Shown one piece after another: positions 18,307-27,217 of a DNA stretch of 64,000 nt. The first letter of the stretch is position 1. Each line of letters starts with the position of its first letter. This DNA comes from a bacterium. GTDB taxonomy: Bacteria; UBA8248. Under the pieces are notes generated by a model. It worked only from the letters and a program-made list of their open reading frames with translations. It was not told where the DNA came from and ran no database searches. The stretch covers positions 2,304,001-2,368,000 of the forward strand of contig CBDBEV010000001.1 of the NCBI GenBank assembly GCA_965204535.1, written 5' to 3'. A program made the translations under genes and the position numbers.

Positions 18307-18858
18307 ATGGCACGCCTGGCAGATAAGTGGCGACAGGTTGAATTGTTCCAGCAAGACGGGGAATCGCTGGAACATCATGTTGCCGAGTGGCTCCAGAAGG
18401 TGCGTGCGGAATTCTCCGTGTTTGTATCGGATGAAGGTATTGCGGAAATAAGAATGCTGAATGGCGTAGAAAAACCTCTCGTGGCAAATCATGCGAGGGA
18501 GCAATCAACACCGTTGAGTCGTCGAGCTTCAAAAGAGATAGAAGAATATCTAAACGGCGCGCGAAAAAGCTTCAAACTCAAAACGGACCTCTCTGCACTC
18601 ACGCCTTTTATGGAAAAAGTGCTGAGGAAGACGGAAGAAATTCCATACGGAGAGACGCGCTCTTACGGCTGGGTCGCGAAGGAAATCGGAAACCCGAAAG
18701 CATCACGCGCCGTCGGCCAGGCGCTTCATAGAAATCCCGTTCCTCTTGTAATACCATGACATCGGGTCATCGCGGGCTCGGGCGAGCTCGGTGGATTCGC
18801 AAGCAGCGTATCTTTGAAGTTGGCGCTCTTGGTCCATGAGATGAATCATAAAGATTAG
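18307..18858 (+). CDS. ogt: Methylated-DNA--protein-cysteine methyltransferase, selenocysteine form (TGA 18757-18759)
   Basis: IPYGETRSY...ASRAVGQALHRNPVPLVIP-TGA-HRVIAGSGELGGFASSVSLKLALLVHE. The TGA sits at the Cys of the PCHRV active-site motif, and the family C-terminus continues in frame to TAG 18856-18858. Confidence 0.88.
18768..18793 (+). promoter_or_regulatory. Candidate bacterial SECIS element of ogt
   Basis: CATCG-(CG bulge)-GGCTC-GGGC-GAGCT-CGGTG hairpin; G-rich loop starts 20 nt after the TGA. Confidence 0.6.
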
Positions 18859-18907
18859 GGTATCTGGATTTCGCTTGGAGGCATCCAAATTCATGGGGGG
18901 ATGAAAG

Positions 18908-19483
18908 ATGTCTAAGAAGATGAATGATTTCATCGACCAAGTACGCGAAATTGTACAGACTGGCGGTACCGAAGAAGAAGTAACGGCTCATGTTGTGACG
19001 GCCCTTGAGCCAATTTTGGATGAGCCGAACCTGTTGAATGCCGATCAACTCTTGGTGAAAAAAGAGGGTTTTACGCTCAACCGGATTCATGTCGAACCGG
19101 ATGAGAGCTTTTCTATAGGCGCCGGTATATGGGATGTGGGACAGACCACCCCGATTCATGATCACGGCACCTGGGGAGTGATAGGTATTTACCGAGGAAT
19201 GGAAAACGAAGAGAGTTTCTTGCGTGAAGGCCCCCGAGAGAGCGGCGCTCGCGTAAAGCTCACGCCCCTAGGCAAACGCCTGGCCGGGCCCGGAGATGTC
19301 TTCGTCTGCTGTACGAAGGACAACGATGTGCACCGCGTGAGTTGTGCTTCGCTTGAACCCGTGGTGGGCATTCATGTCTATGGCGATGATCTCGCCAAGT
19401 TAACTCGCTATAAATATGAGGAATCAACCGGCGAGGTGAAATTGTTTGTTACGGGATGGGATTATGCAAAAACATCGGCTTGA
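18908..19483 (+). CDS. Cysteine dioxygenase-like (thiol dioxygenase family) protein
   Basis: TPIHDHGTWG...VHRV...GIHVYG three-His cupin motif. Confidence 0.8.
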   Translation: MSKKMNDFIDQVREIVQTGGTEEEVTAHVVTALEPILDEPNLLNADQLLVKKEGFTLNRIHVEPDESFSIGAGIWDVGQTTPIHDHGTWGVIGIYRGMENEESFLREGPRESGARVKLTPLGKRLAGPGDVFVCCTKDNDVHRVSCASLEPVVGIHVYGDDLAKLTRYKYEESTGEVKLFVTGWDYAKTSA

Positions 19484-19597
19484 TTTATAAAAGCCGACTA
19501 AATCGATAATTAACGCCGCTCAACACTTTTTCCATCGAAGCAATCACTAGACACCTGCCTACCGAACACCAGCTACGTGATGAAATAAACACGCTTT

Positions 19598-20302
19598 CTA
19601 CCAGGGCATGGGTTTTCTGTCCTGGAAGTATCCACCGGTAGGCCCGTCCTTCGGCAACAAGGCGAGCCATACGGGCGTATCTGCTCCTTCGTCTATTGAT
19701 TTTGAGGCGCCCCGACCGCCCATGTCGGTTCTCACCCATCCTGGATGGCAACAATTCACTAATACGCCAGTTCCTCGGAATTCACTCGCCAGTACTTTCG
19801 TCATCGCATTCAATGCGGTTTTGGTAATTCTGTATCCGGGAGAGCCTCCTCCCATGCTGGCGAGAGAACCCATGCCGCTTGAGACATTCACGATTCTACC
19901 GGCTGAGCTTTTTTTCAGTAGTGGTGCCAAGGCTTGGCAAATCATCAGAGGGCCATAGAGGTTGGTTTCCATCATTTCGCGGACGACCTCGACTGGAACG
20001 TCCAACCCCATCATGCCGGCATCTTTTCTGATGGCCGCGTTGTTGATTAAAATGTCTAGTTTTCCAAATTCTTTGGCCAAAAAGCTGGCTAGAGAATCGA
20101 TGCTATTCTCGTCGGTGACATCCAGGGGATGGAATATGATTTCCAGCCCCTCTTGTTTTAGCTGCTCTTTAGCGACTTCACCCTTGGAAACGTCTCGCGC
20201 CGTGAGGATGGTTCGAATTCCTTGGCTTGCGAGCGATCGGCAGATCCCGAAGCCAATGCCTTTGTTCCCGCCCGTTACGACGGCGATTTTCTCATCCGGC
20301 AA
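19598..20302 (-). CDS. SDR oxidoreductase (carbonyl reductase-like)
   Basis: TGGNKGIG, NNA, YRITK, CHPGWVRTDMGG. Confidence 0.92.
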   Translation of the reverse strand: MPDEKIAVVTGGNKGIGFGICRSLASQGIRTILTARDVSKGEVAKEQLKQEGLEIIFHPLDVTDENSIDSLASFLAKEFGKLDILINNAAIRKDAGMMGLDVPVEVVREMMETNLYGPLMICQALAPLLKKSSAGRIVNVSSGMGSLASMGGGSPGYRITKTALNAMTKVLASEFRGTGVLVNCCHPGWVRTDMGGRGASKSIDEGADTPVWLALLPKDGPTGGYFQDRKPMPW

Positions 20303-20471
20303 CTTTCATCTCCTTTTTCTGTGTGCTTCGCTGGATAATTTTCACTGAATTCATGTGTTTCACCAGCACGATCAGGAATGATTCTGGAATCAATTCGCCT
20401 CCCTGTTATATCATAGAGGGGAATCATCTCTCGCTCAGAGTATTTCCAAGCATATACATTGGAAGAAATGA

Positions 20472-21182
20472 TTGAGTTCAACTCATCTAATCCTGTTCGA
20501 CGTGGATGGAACGCTGCTTTTAAGCGGAGGAGCAGGGGCGAGAGCGTTGAATATCGCTTTTGAGCGGATATACGGGATTCCAAACGCTATGCGTCATGTT
20601 CATCCGCACGGTAAGACGGATGAATTCATCATACAAGAGATGTTTCGTTCTCATCTTGAGCGTTGTGGGAGCGAGCCTGAGGTAAAGGCCCTATTGGACA
20701 GATATTTGGAAGTCCTGCCCATCACGGTTAGGGATTCTAAAAATTTTCACCTGATGCCGGGAATCCCAGGTTTGCTTTCATATCTCAGGAGCCGAAAAGA
20801 CGTGTTCATGGGATTGGGAACGGGCAATATCGAAGAGGGCGCGCGAATCAAACTCTCGTGTGGCGGGCTGAACAAGTTTTTTTCGTTCGGTGGTTTCGGG
20901 TCTGATTCTGGAGACAGGACGGAGTTGCTGGAAGCAGGATTTCAGAGGGGCGAGGAAATCATTATAAAGGAATATCCACGCGAATCCGTTTCCCGTTGGG
21001 TGATAGGTGATACGTGGCGTGACGTAGCAGCAGGGCGTGCATGTGGAGCGAAGACGATAGCTGTGGCTACAGGAGGGGATTCACTTTACGAGTTGGCGAG
21101 TGCTTCTCCGGATTTTCTTTTCGCTACGCTGGAGGATCAAAAGGCGATTTCTGAAATCTTGGATGAGGGCGATAGGGCGTGA
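20472..21182 (+). CDS. HAD-family hydrolase
   Basis: LFDVDGTL, TGN, IGDTWRD. Confidence 0.9.
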   Translation: MSSTHLILFDVDGTLLLSGGAGARALNIAFERIYGIPNAMRHVHPHGKTDEFIIQEMFRSHLERCGSEPEVKALLDRYLEVLPITVRDSKNFHLMPGIPGLLSYLRSRKDVFMGLGTGNIEEGARIKLSCGGLNKFFSFGGFGSDSGDRTELLEAGFQRGEEIIIKEYPRESVSRWVIGDTWRDVAAGRACGAKTIAVATGGDSLYELASASPDFLFATLEDQKAISEILDEGDRA

Positions 21183-21862
21183 GTGAATCTTCTTATCCGG
21201 TTACGCCAAGTGAAATCGCCCATGTCTATCGGCAAATCCCCGTGTGGGCCATGGGCGAACTCGCCGGTTTATCCGAAGTGCAGTTGGATAGAACTGGGAC
21301 AGAAGAATGGGCGCGTTGGTCCCTAAGAAGGCAGCTCAGCCATATGGCTTACATCACGACGAGGTGGTTCATGGTTCTCTACGGCGCCACTAGCCTGACC
21401 TGGCCCTCTGTGGATATGAGCCAATTCAGTACGTTCATCAATACGCGAGAAGATGACCGTCGTTTTTCTTCTGAGCGGTATGCGGATCCAGAATGGCTGC
21501 ATTTACGTTTTTCCGAGGCGTGTGAAGCAGCAGCGAACCAAGTTGAAAAGCTGGAGAAAGAGCGTTCGGCTAATAAATTGCTCTTGTTTGTTTTTTCAGA
21601 CTCATCAGTCGTGGGTGTCAGCGAAGAGCGTTCCGTTGATTTGTGGAATCGTTGCATGAAATGTCATCCAGATGGATTTACGCTCGATGCTGGCTACGCA
21701 CACGGATTTCGTATGACGCCTTTGGCGACTTTGCGTCATGTGCTTTGGGACGATTTGATTCACTTGCGCTCCATCAGGCTCCATCGCAAAGCCTTGGGTT
21801 TGTCTCCCGTTTATCCTGATGCCCCTGTCGGCGGCTACGCTTCGGCCTATCCGGTTTCTTGA
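21179..21862 (+). CDS. DinB/YfiT-like protein
   Basis: WSLRRQLSHMA ... LRHVLWDDLIHLRSI His pattern; paralogue of 23414-24085. Confidence 0.65.
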   Translation: MSESSYPVTPSEIAHVYRQIPVWAMGELAGLSEVQLDRTGTEEWARWSLRRQLSHMAYITTRWFMVLYGATSLTWPSVDMSQFSTFINTREDDRRFSSERYADPEWLHLRFSEACEAAANQVEKLEKERSANKLLLFVFSDSSVVGVSEERSVDLWNRCMKCHPDGFTLDAGYAHGFRMTPLATLRHVLWDDLIHLRSIRLHRKALGLSPVYPDAPVGGYASAYPVS

Positions 21863-22365
21863 TGAAAATTGCTGGTTCACCTCGGGCAAATTTCCTTTTT
21901 TGGTTGTTGTTCATCTCATTTGCATCAATCGCAGGCTCACTTTTGTTCTTTTCGAAACCACTATTTCTTTCCAAAACAGGCGTAAAAGCGTCCTTGTCAG
22001 CAGAAGCAAAGAAGTTGAGAGGCATGCCTCCGGGCGTTATCACAAAAAACATAGGACGCACGCTCAAGAAATATCTGGATGCTTCAAAGCACACCAGTCG
22101 CGCGGAAATTCGCGTTTCCGAGACGAGTCCTGTGAGGTTGTCTATCGATATCCAGTTGCCATGGGCGGAGGTGAGCGCAAAAAAAAGAAGACAAAGAGCA
22201 GAGTTGGTCTGCCGCCTGGGAAGAGGCATGCTTGAGAATGCGGGAGCAAAAGGTACAATTTTCTTGGTTAATATCCTTCGCATGACGAGAGACGCGACTG
22301 CCAGCGAGCGTGCAGGTGCGATGGTGTATTCCTCAAAAGACAAAAAGTGCATCTGGAAAGAATAG
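21859..22365 (+). CDS. Hypothetical membrane-anchored protein
   Basis: N-terminal hydrophobic helix; coupled to the upstream stop codon. Confidence 0.6.
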   Translation: MMKIAGSPRANFLFWLLFISFASIAGSLLFFSKPLFLSKTGVKASLSAEAKKLRGMPPGVITKNIGRTLKKYLDASKHTSRAEIRVSETSPVRLSIDIQLPWAEVSAKKRRQRAELVCRLGRGMLENAGAKGTIFLVNILRMTRDATASERAGAMVYSSKDKKCIWKE

Positions 22366-22496
22366 CTTTTTCAGAAAGCTAGCCATATCTGAAGCCAAAT
22401 ACATTAAATGCCAACGCCTTTTCTCTGAAGAGCCCCATTTCTGCTAGACTCTGTTTATTTTGGTTATTTATTTTTCGGGCGAGAGGAGGTGTTCAC

Positions 22497-23396
22497 ATGT
22501 CCCTTAAAACTGTTGCCATCATCAGCCCGGGAGATATGGGACATGCTGTGGGGCGAATGCTGGGTTTGCATGGGCTTGAGGTAATAACCTGTCTCGCAAA
22601 CAGAAGTGAGCGGACGAAGCAATTGGCCGCGAAAGGGGGTATTCGGGATTATCCGACAATGGCTGAAATGCTGGAGCGCGCGGATATTGTTTTGTCCATC
22701 GTGCCTCCGGGTTTAGCCGCTCAGGCGGCGGGCGAAGTGGCGGAATCTATGTCGAACTCTGGTTTTTGTCCCCCGTATGCGGACTGCAATGCTGTATCAC
22801 CCGAAATGGCAAAAGCAATGGCAAAAAGGATTTCAGATGCAGGAGCGGATTTTATCGATGGGGGGATATTGGGTCCCCCGCCGAATGAGACACGGAACAG
22901 CACCAGGTTTTACTTCAGCGGTGCGCAGGCGGGATTGCTCTCGGAACTGGACGGAAAGGGAATCATCGTTCGTCAGCTTGGGCCTGAGATTGGTCGGGCA
23001 TCTGGAATCAAGATGTGTTACGCCGCTCTTACGAAAGGAACCCATGCGCTTCAAACTGCCGTTATCACTCTGGCCGAAGCGCTTGGTCTCACCGAGGAAG
23101 TGACCCATGAGTTTCAAACAAGCCAAGAGGCTTCTTATAAACAAATAACCTCGAGTGCCCCCCGTCTTCCCGTCGTGGCGTGGCGGTATATCGACGAGAT
23201 GAAACAAATCGCACAGACCTTTGAGGCCGCCGGCGTCACTCCGAAATTTCACGAAGGAGCGGTGGCCGTCTATTCCCATCTCGCGACGACGCCTTTGGCG
23301 GATCAGGCTTTAGAGACGATGAACAAGAATTTGTCGCCACAAGAAGCGGCGGGGGTTTATGCAGAAAACTTGCCGATGAAAATGGACCACATTTGA
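22497..23396 (+). CDS. NAD(P)-dependent oxidoreductase, 6PGDH/HIBADH-like with DUF1932-type C-terminus
   Basis: SPGDMG, DCNAVSP, DGGILG, IKMCYAALTKG, AWRYIDEM. Confidence 0.85.
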   Translation: MSLKTVAIISPGDMGHAVGRMLGLHGLEVITCLANRSERTKQLAAKGGIRDYPTMAEMLERADIVLSIVPPGLAAQAAGEVAESMSNSGFCPPYADCNAVSPEMAKAMAKRISDAGADFIDGGILGPPPNETRNSTRFYFSGAQAGLLSELDGKGIIVRQLGPEIGRASGIKMCYAALTKGTHALQTAVITLAEALGLTEEVTHEFQTSQEASYKQITSSAPRLPVVAWRYIDEMKQIAQTFEAAGVTPKFHEGAVAVYSHLATTPLADQALETMNKNLSPQEAAGVYAENLPMKMDHI

Positions 23397-23413
23397 TGTC
23401 TTGAGGAAGCGAT

Positions 23414-24085
23414 ATGCCAGAAGACCTATCCACTCCAGGGTTGGACGTTTTCCCGGAATATAGAAATTTAGCGGATTTGTTTCGGGAAGAAACGAACGGG
23501 CTTCCGCAGGAATTATGGGAATGGAAGCTGCCAGAGAAGAGTTGGGGAGCTTGGTCCATCAAAGAACAAATCAGCCATACGGCATGGATACCGTATCTTT
23601 TTTTCTTGGAATTTTGGCCGCCCGTTTTGTATCCGGATTCTTTGCCGCGAGATAAGTCTCTGGCGGATCAAGGTGGGGCAGACAGAATGTTGGATCCGGT
23701 GCGGTTTCCAGATGTGTCCGATGTTCTGGCAGCGCTTGATGACGCGTGTGCTTTGTGTCGGGAAGTTTTATCGAATGAGACGTTTGCCACACTAAGAGAT
23801 AAAGAATTGCCCAGAAAATACTCTCCGGACAGAACTTGGGCGAACGGTGAGCGAGTGATGGATTATTTTCTAAATCTCGTTTTGCCAGCTCATGAGAGGG
23901 GTTTTCGCAAAGACGAGAACGATCCTTATTTGTATTACCAGACGCTCGAGTGCACGTTCCGCCACATATTGTGGGAGTCGAATGTGCACCTGATTACCAT
24001 TCAGGAATTTAAGCGAATCAAAGGCTTGCCAATTCATTCGACTGTCCCGAGAGACGGGTATGCCGCGATGCTCACGTGGGAATGA
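23414..24085 (+). CDS. DinB/YfiT-like protein (paralogue)
   Basis: WSIKEQISHTA ... FRHILWESNVHLITI. Confidence 0.65.
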   Translation: MPEDLSTPGLDVFPEYRNLADLFREETNGLPQELWEWKLPEKSWGAWSIKEQISHTAWIPYLFFLEFWPPVLYPDSLPRDKSLADQGGADRMLDPVRFPDVSDVLAALDDACALCREVLSNETFATLRDKELPRKYSPDRTWANGERVMDYFLNLVLPAHERGFRKDENDPYLYYQTLECTFRHILWESNVHLITIQEFKRIKGLPIHSTVPRDGYAAMLTWE

Positions 24086-24161
24086 ATGTGATTATTCTTT
24101 GAAGTAGGATTCTCTTTCGTATTTCTGCATTTTCGGATTCCAATCGGACCAGAACAGGAGA

Positions 24162-26033
24162 TTGCTGATGAATGCTCCTCGACAGGGGATTGGTGCGCTG
24201 CGAGAGTATTTTTATGGTGAAGACATTGGTGAGGCGGAGATAGCTCCTGAAGGCCCGATCATAGTGGGCAGGATGGGGAAGTGGCGTGTTACCTACGAAA
24301 TTGGCCCGCATGGAATCGGTCAAGGCGGTGGTATTCGCTTCACGCCACCCAACGGGTTCACAACGCCCCAATTTGAAGATGTGACAGCTCCGGGATATTG
24401 CAAATTCAGGTGCTCGAACGCGAATGCCTTTTTGATTCCTTCAATGATCAAACCAATGCTCGGTTATACATTCTTGCCGGCCAGCTTGGATTTGAAGGTT
24501 CAGGGCGCTTCTCTGGCGGAAGGTGATTTGATTGAAATCAACTACGGCTGGACGCCATCAGGCATCCCGGGCGTGCAAGCGCAATTTTTGGCCATGTCCG
24601 TAGAGTTTACCTTATCCATTGATTCTCTTGGTGAGGATGACTGGGAGCTTCTTACAAATCCCCCGATCTTTGATGTACTGCCCGAGGAGCCATCCTTCCT
24701 TTGGGTGACGGCGCCGGCGCAGGTAGTGGCGGGACAGGGCTTTTCCGTCCGGGCTGTGGCGCGAGATTGCTTTCATAATGTAGCGACAACAGCGTCATCC
24801 ATTCCAAAGCTTGAATTACCTGATGAAAGTACGGTCTCTTTTCGCCAGGAGTCGCCCGGAATTTTTGTTTGCGAAAATATAGTGTTAGGAGCGCCTGAAG
24901 TTCATCGGTTAAAGGTTTCGGCTGATGGATTGCCGACAGTTCATACGCCACCGATTCAGGTATTGGATGAAACCCCTGTTCGCACGCTTCTTTTTGGTGA
25001 CCCGCATTGCATGAGCGGGTTGTGCGTGGGCGAGTATCCGAGACCGTCTACGGCGCGTGAAATCGTGGAATACGTCCACACCTATGCGCGGGATTGCGCA
25101 GGGGTAGACTTCGCCGCCTGCACCTCCTTGGCCATGCGAATGGACGAGGCGCAGTGGAAAGAAGTCACCGAGGCTGCGAATCGGTTTTCGGAGGCGGGAA
25201 GATATGTAGCCCTTCCTGCGTATGAATGGTTTGGCATGCTTGAGCAAGACGGAAACAAGAACGTTTATTTTTTAGATCACAAAGAGATTTTAAAACTTGA
25301 TTCTAGGCATCCGGATTCCGATCATCCGGAAAAACTCTGGGAACAACTCGAAAAATTCGAAGGTCGTGTGATGACGATTCCCCATCACTCGGTGAGTGCT
25401 GTGATTGGCACGCGATGGCGCTGGCACGACCCGAGGTTTCAGCGCCTTGTCGAAATATATTCCTGTTGGGGTAACTCCGAAGCCAATGGCTGCGAAAGGC
25501 CTTTGGTCAATCCGGCGCGCTACGAGGGGCAAAGCGTACAGGATGCGCTTGAGAAAGGATATCGTTTGGGCATCATCGCCGGCTCGGATACGCATACGTC
25601 TCAGCCTGGATTTTCGAATCGATTGCGGCTCAAGAATGCCTGGAGAGGCGGCTTGGCCTGTGTATGGGCGGAGACCTTCAATCGGGAAGGGATATTCAAG
25701 GCCCTTTGGGAGCGACGTTGCTATGGCACGACAGGGGCACGAATTATTCTTGAATTTTTCTTGAACGATGCCCCCATGGGTTCAGAGATGAAATTGGATG
25801 AATCGGCTGCGAGAAAATTGATGGTCCGTGCTGAAGCCTGCTCCCCGGTTCATAAAGTCGTCATCATCAAAAATGCGAGAGAAATTCACGTAAATGTGCC
25901 GGGACGGGAGTCGATCGATTTTGAATGGATCGATTCGAGAGGGAAGGAACGGCAGTCGGATTATTATTATGTCCGGTTAGAGCAAGACGATGGGGAAATC
26001 GCTTGGTCGAGTCCCATCTGGGTGGATTCCTAG
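24162..26033 (+). CDS. DUF3604/PHP-like metallohydrolase (CehA/McbA-like)
   Basis: LFGDPHC, YEW, IPHH, VEIYSCWG, AGSDTH, CYGTTG, YYYVR...AWSSPIW. Confidence 0.8.
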   Translation: MLMNAPRQGIGALREYFYGEDIGEAEIAPEGPIIVGRMGKWRVTYEIGPHGIGQGGGIRFTPPNGFTTPQFEDVTAPGYCKFRCSNANAFLIPSMIKPMLGYTFLPASLDLKVQGASLAEGDLIEINYGWTPSGIPGVQAQFLAMSVEFTLSIDSLGEDDWELLTNPPIFDVLPEEPSFLWVTAPAQVVAGQGFSVRAVARDCFHNVATTASSIPKLELPDESTVSFRQESPGIFVCENIVLGAPEVHRLKVSADGLPTVHTPPIQVLDETPVRTLLFGDPHCMSGLCVGEYPRPSTAREIVEYVHTYARDCAGVDFAACTSLAMRMDEAQWKEVTEAANRFSEAGRYVALPAYEWFGMLEQDGNKNVYFLDHKEILKLDSRHPDSDHPEKLWEQLEKFEGRVMTIPHHSVSAVIGTRWRWHDPRFQRLVEIYSCWGNSEANGCERPLVNPARYEGQSVQDALEKGYRLGIIAGSDTHTSQPGFSNRLRLKNAWRGGLACVWAETFNREGIFKALWERRCYGTTGARIILEFFLNDAPMGSEMKLDESAARKLMVRAEACSPVHKVVIIKNAREIHVNVPGRESIDFEWIDSRGKERQSDYYYVRLEQDDGEIAWSSPIWVDS

Positions 26034-26045
26034 GAAGGAGCGGTT

Positions 26046-26280
26046 GTGGCGCATCTAACAGCAGATGCCGTCGTCATTGGTGGTGGCGTGATGGGATGTT
26101 CAATTGCCTATCAGTTGGCGAAACGAGGATGTGGAAAAATCATCCTATGTGAGCGAGATGATAGCGGATTTGATTATGACCGGAAATTGCGAGGAGCCTG
26201 ATATTAAAGACTATCGCATGACGCGTTTTGATGAAAGGTATTTGATGCAAAGTGGTTTCGGAACAGGGTTTCAGGATTGA
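26046..26280 (+). pseudogene. FAD-dependent (DAO-family) oxidoreductase with large internal deletion
   Basis: RBS AGGAAGGAG, then VAHLTADAVVIGGGVMGCSIAYQLAKRGCGKIILCER (FAD-binding N-terminus) joined out of frame at ~26153-26160 to EMIADLIMTG...DIKDYRMTRF... (typical C-terminus), ending at TGA 26280. Confidence 0.8.
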
Positions 26281-26283
26281 AAA

Positions 26284-27063
26284 CTAGGACTTTGGTCTGG
26301 GGTACACTTCGATAAGAGGAAATAATTTTTTCGCATTTTCTTTTAAGCCAAAAAAGACAGGCCCGGCGGCTTTATCGCCAGTCGCGAGTTTCTGGAGATC
26401 GAGAGGAAGTCCATCTGGGTGATATGCACCTCCCCCTACTTCGTGTAATACGGCCATGGGGCCCAAGATATCCCAGATTTGGGGTCTATCGACCAATGCG
26501 GCGATGACGCCTCCGGTAGCTGCATACGCCACGTGTGCGGAAGCGCTTCCATAGGCAACGGATTTCCCTGGATAATCTATTTTATAAAAACGTTTTCGGG
26601 ACGAAGGCCCTAGCATGACGGTTTGATTGGTGATTTCCATATCCTTCAGATTTGGAAGTATCTTTCCGTTTCTTGTGGCGCCCTCTCTTTCGAGTGCAAG
26701 GAACATTTCATCAACTACGGGCATATAGAATCCTCCGGCGATGGGTTTCCCGTTTTCCATAACACCGATGGATACACCCCAGGTGGGCAGACCATTCAGA
26801 AATGGATTGGTGCCATCAATGGGGTCGATCGCCCAAAGACGAGGGTGCTTCTGGTGTTGCGTTTCTTCGCTTCCGAGTTCTTCTCCAATCACATTGTCAT
26901 TCGGGAATGATATTTTTAGGCATGAAAGAATGAATTTTTCTACTTCAAAGTCGGCCTCGCTCACCAAGCTCCGGTCTTGTTTTTGGACGCCTTTGGCATT
27001 GTTTGTGAACGTCAAGGCTAGTTTGCCTGCGTCTTTCAGGGTTTTTTCTATGAATTCAATCAT
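26284..27063 (-). CDS. Inositol monophosphatase family protein
   Basis: IGEE, WAIDPIDGT, WDI. Confidence 0.9.
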   Translation of the reverse strand: MIEFIEKTLKDAGKLALTFTNNAKGVQKQDRSLVSEADFEVEKFILSCLKISFPNDNVIGEELGSEETQHQKHPRLWAIDPIDGTNPFLNGLPTWGVSIGVMENGKPIAGGFYMPVVDEMFLALEREGATRNGKILPNLKDMEITNQTVMLGPSSRKRFYKIDYPGKSVAYGSASAHVAYAATGGVIAALVDRPQIWDILGPMAVLHEVGGGAYHPDGLPLDLQKLATGDKAAGPVFFGLKENAKKLFPLIEVYPRPKS

Positions 27064-27217
27064 GAAAGCACCAAACCCTTCGCCTGCATTGAGCGTGGAT
27101 ACATCACTATGGGGAGCAACCTATCTTGTGGAGTGAAAACTTTCCAGCCTTCCGGGGAAATCTCCCCAATCCATAAACCCGGCATCCATTTTGTTTTGAT
27201 TAGGATAAGATTTGCGC

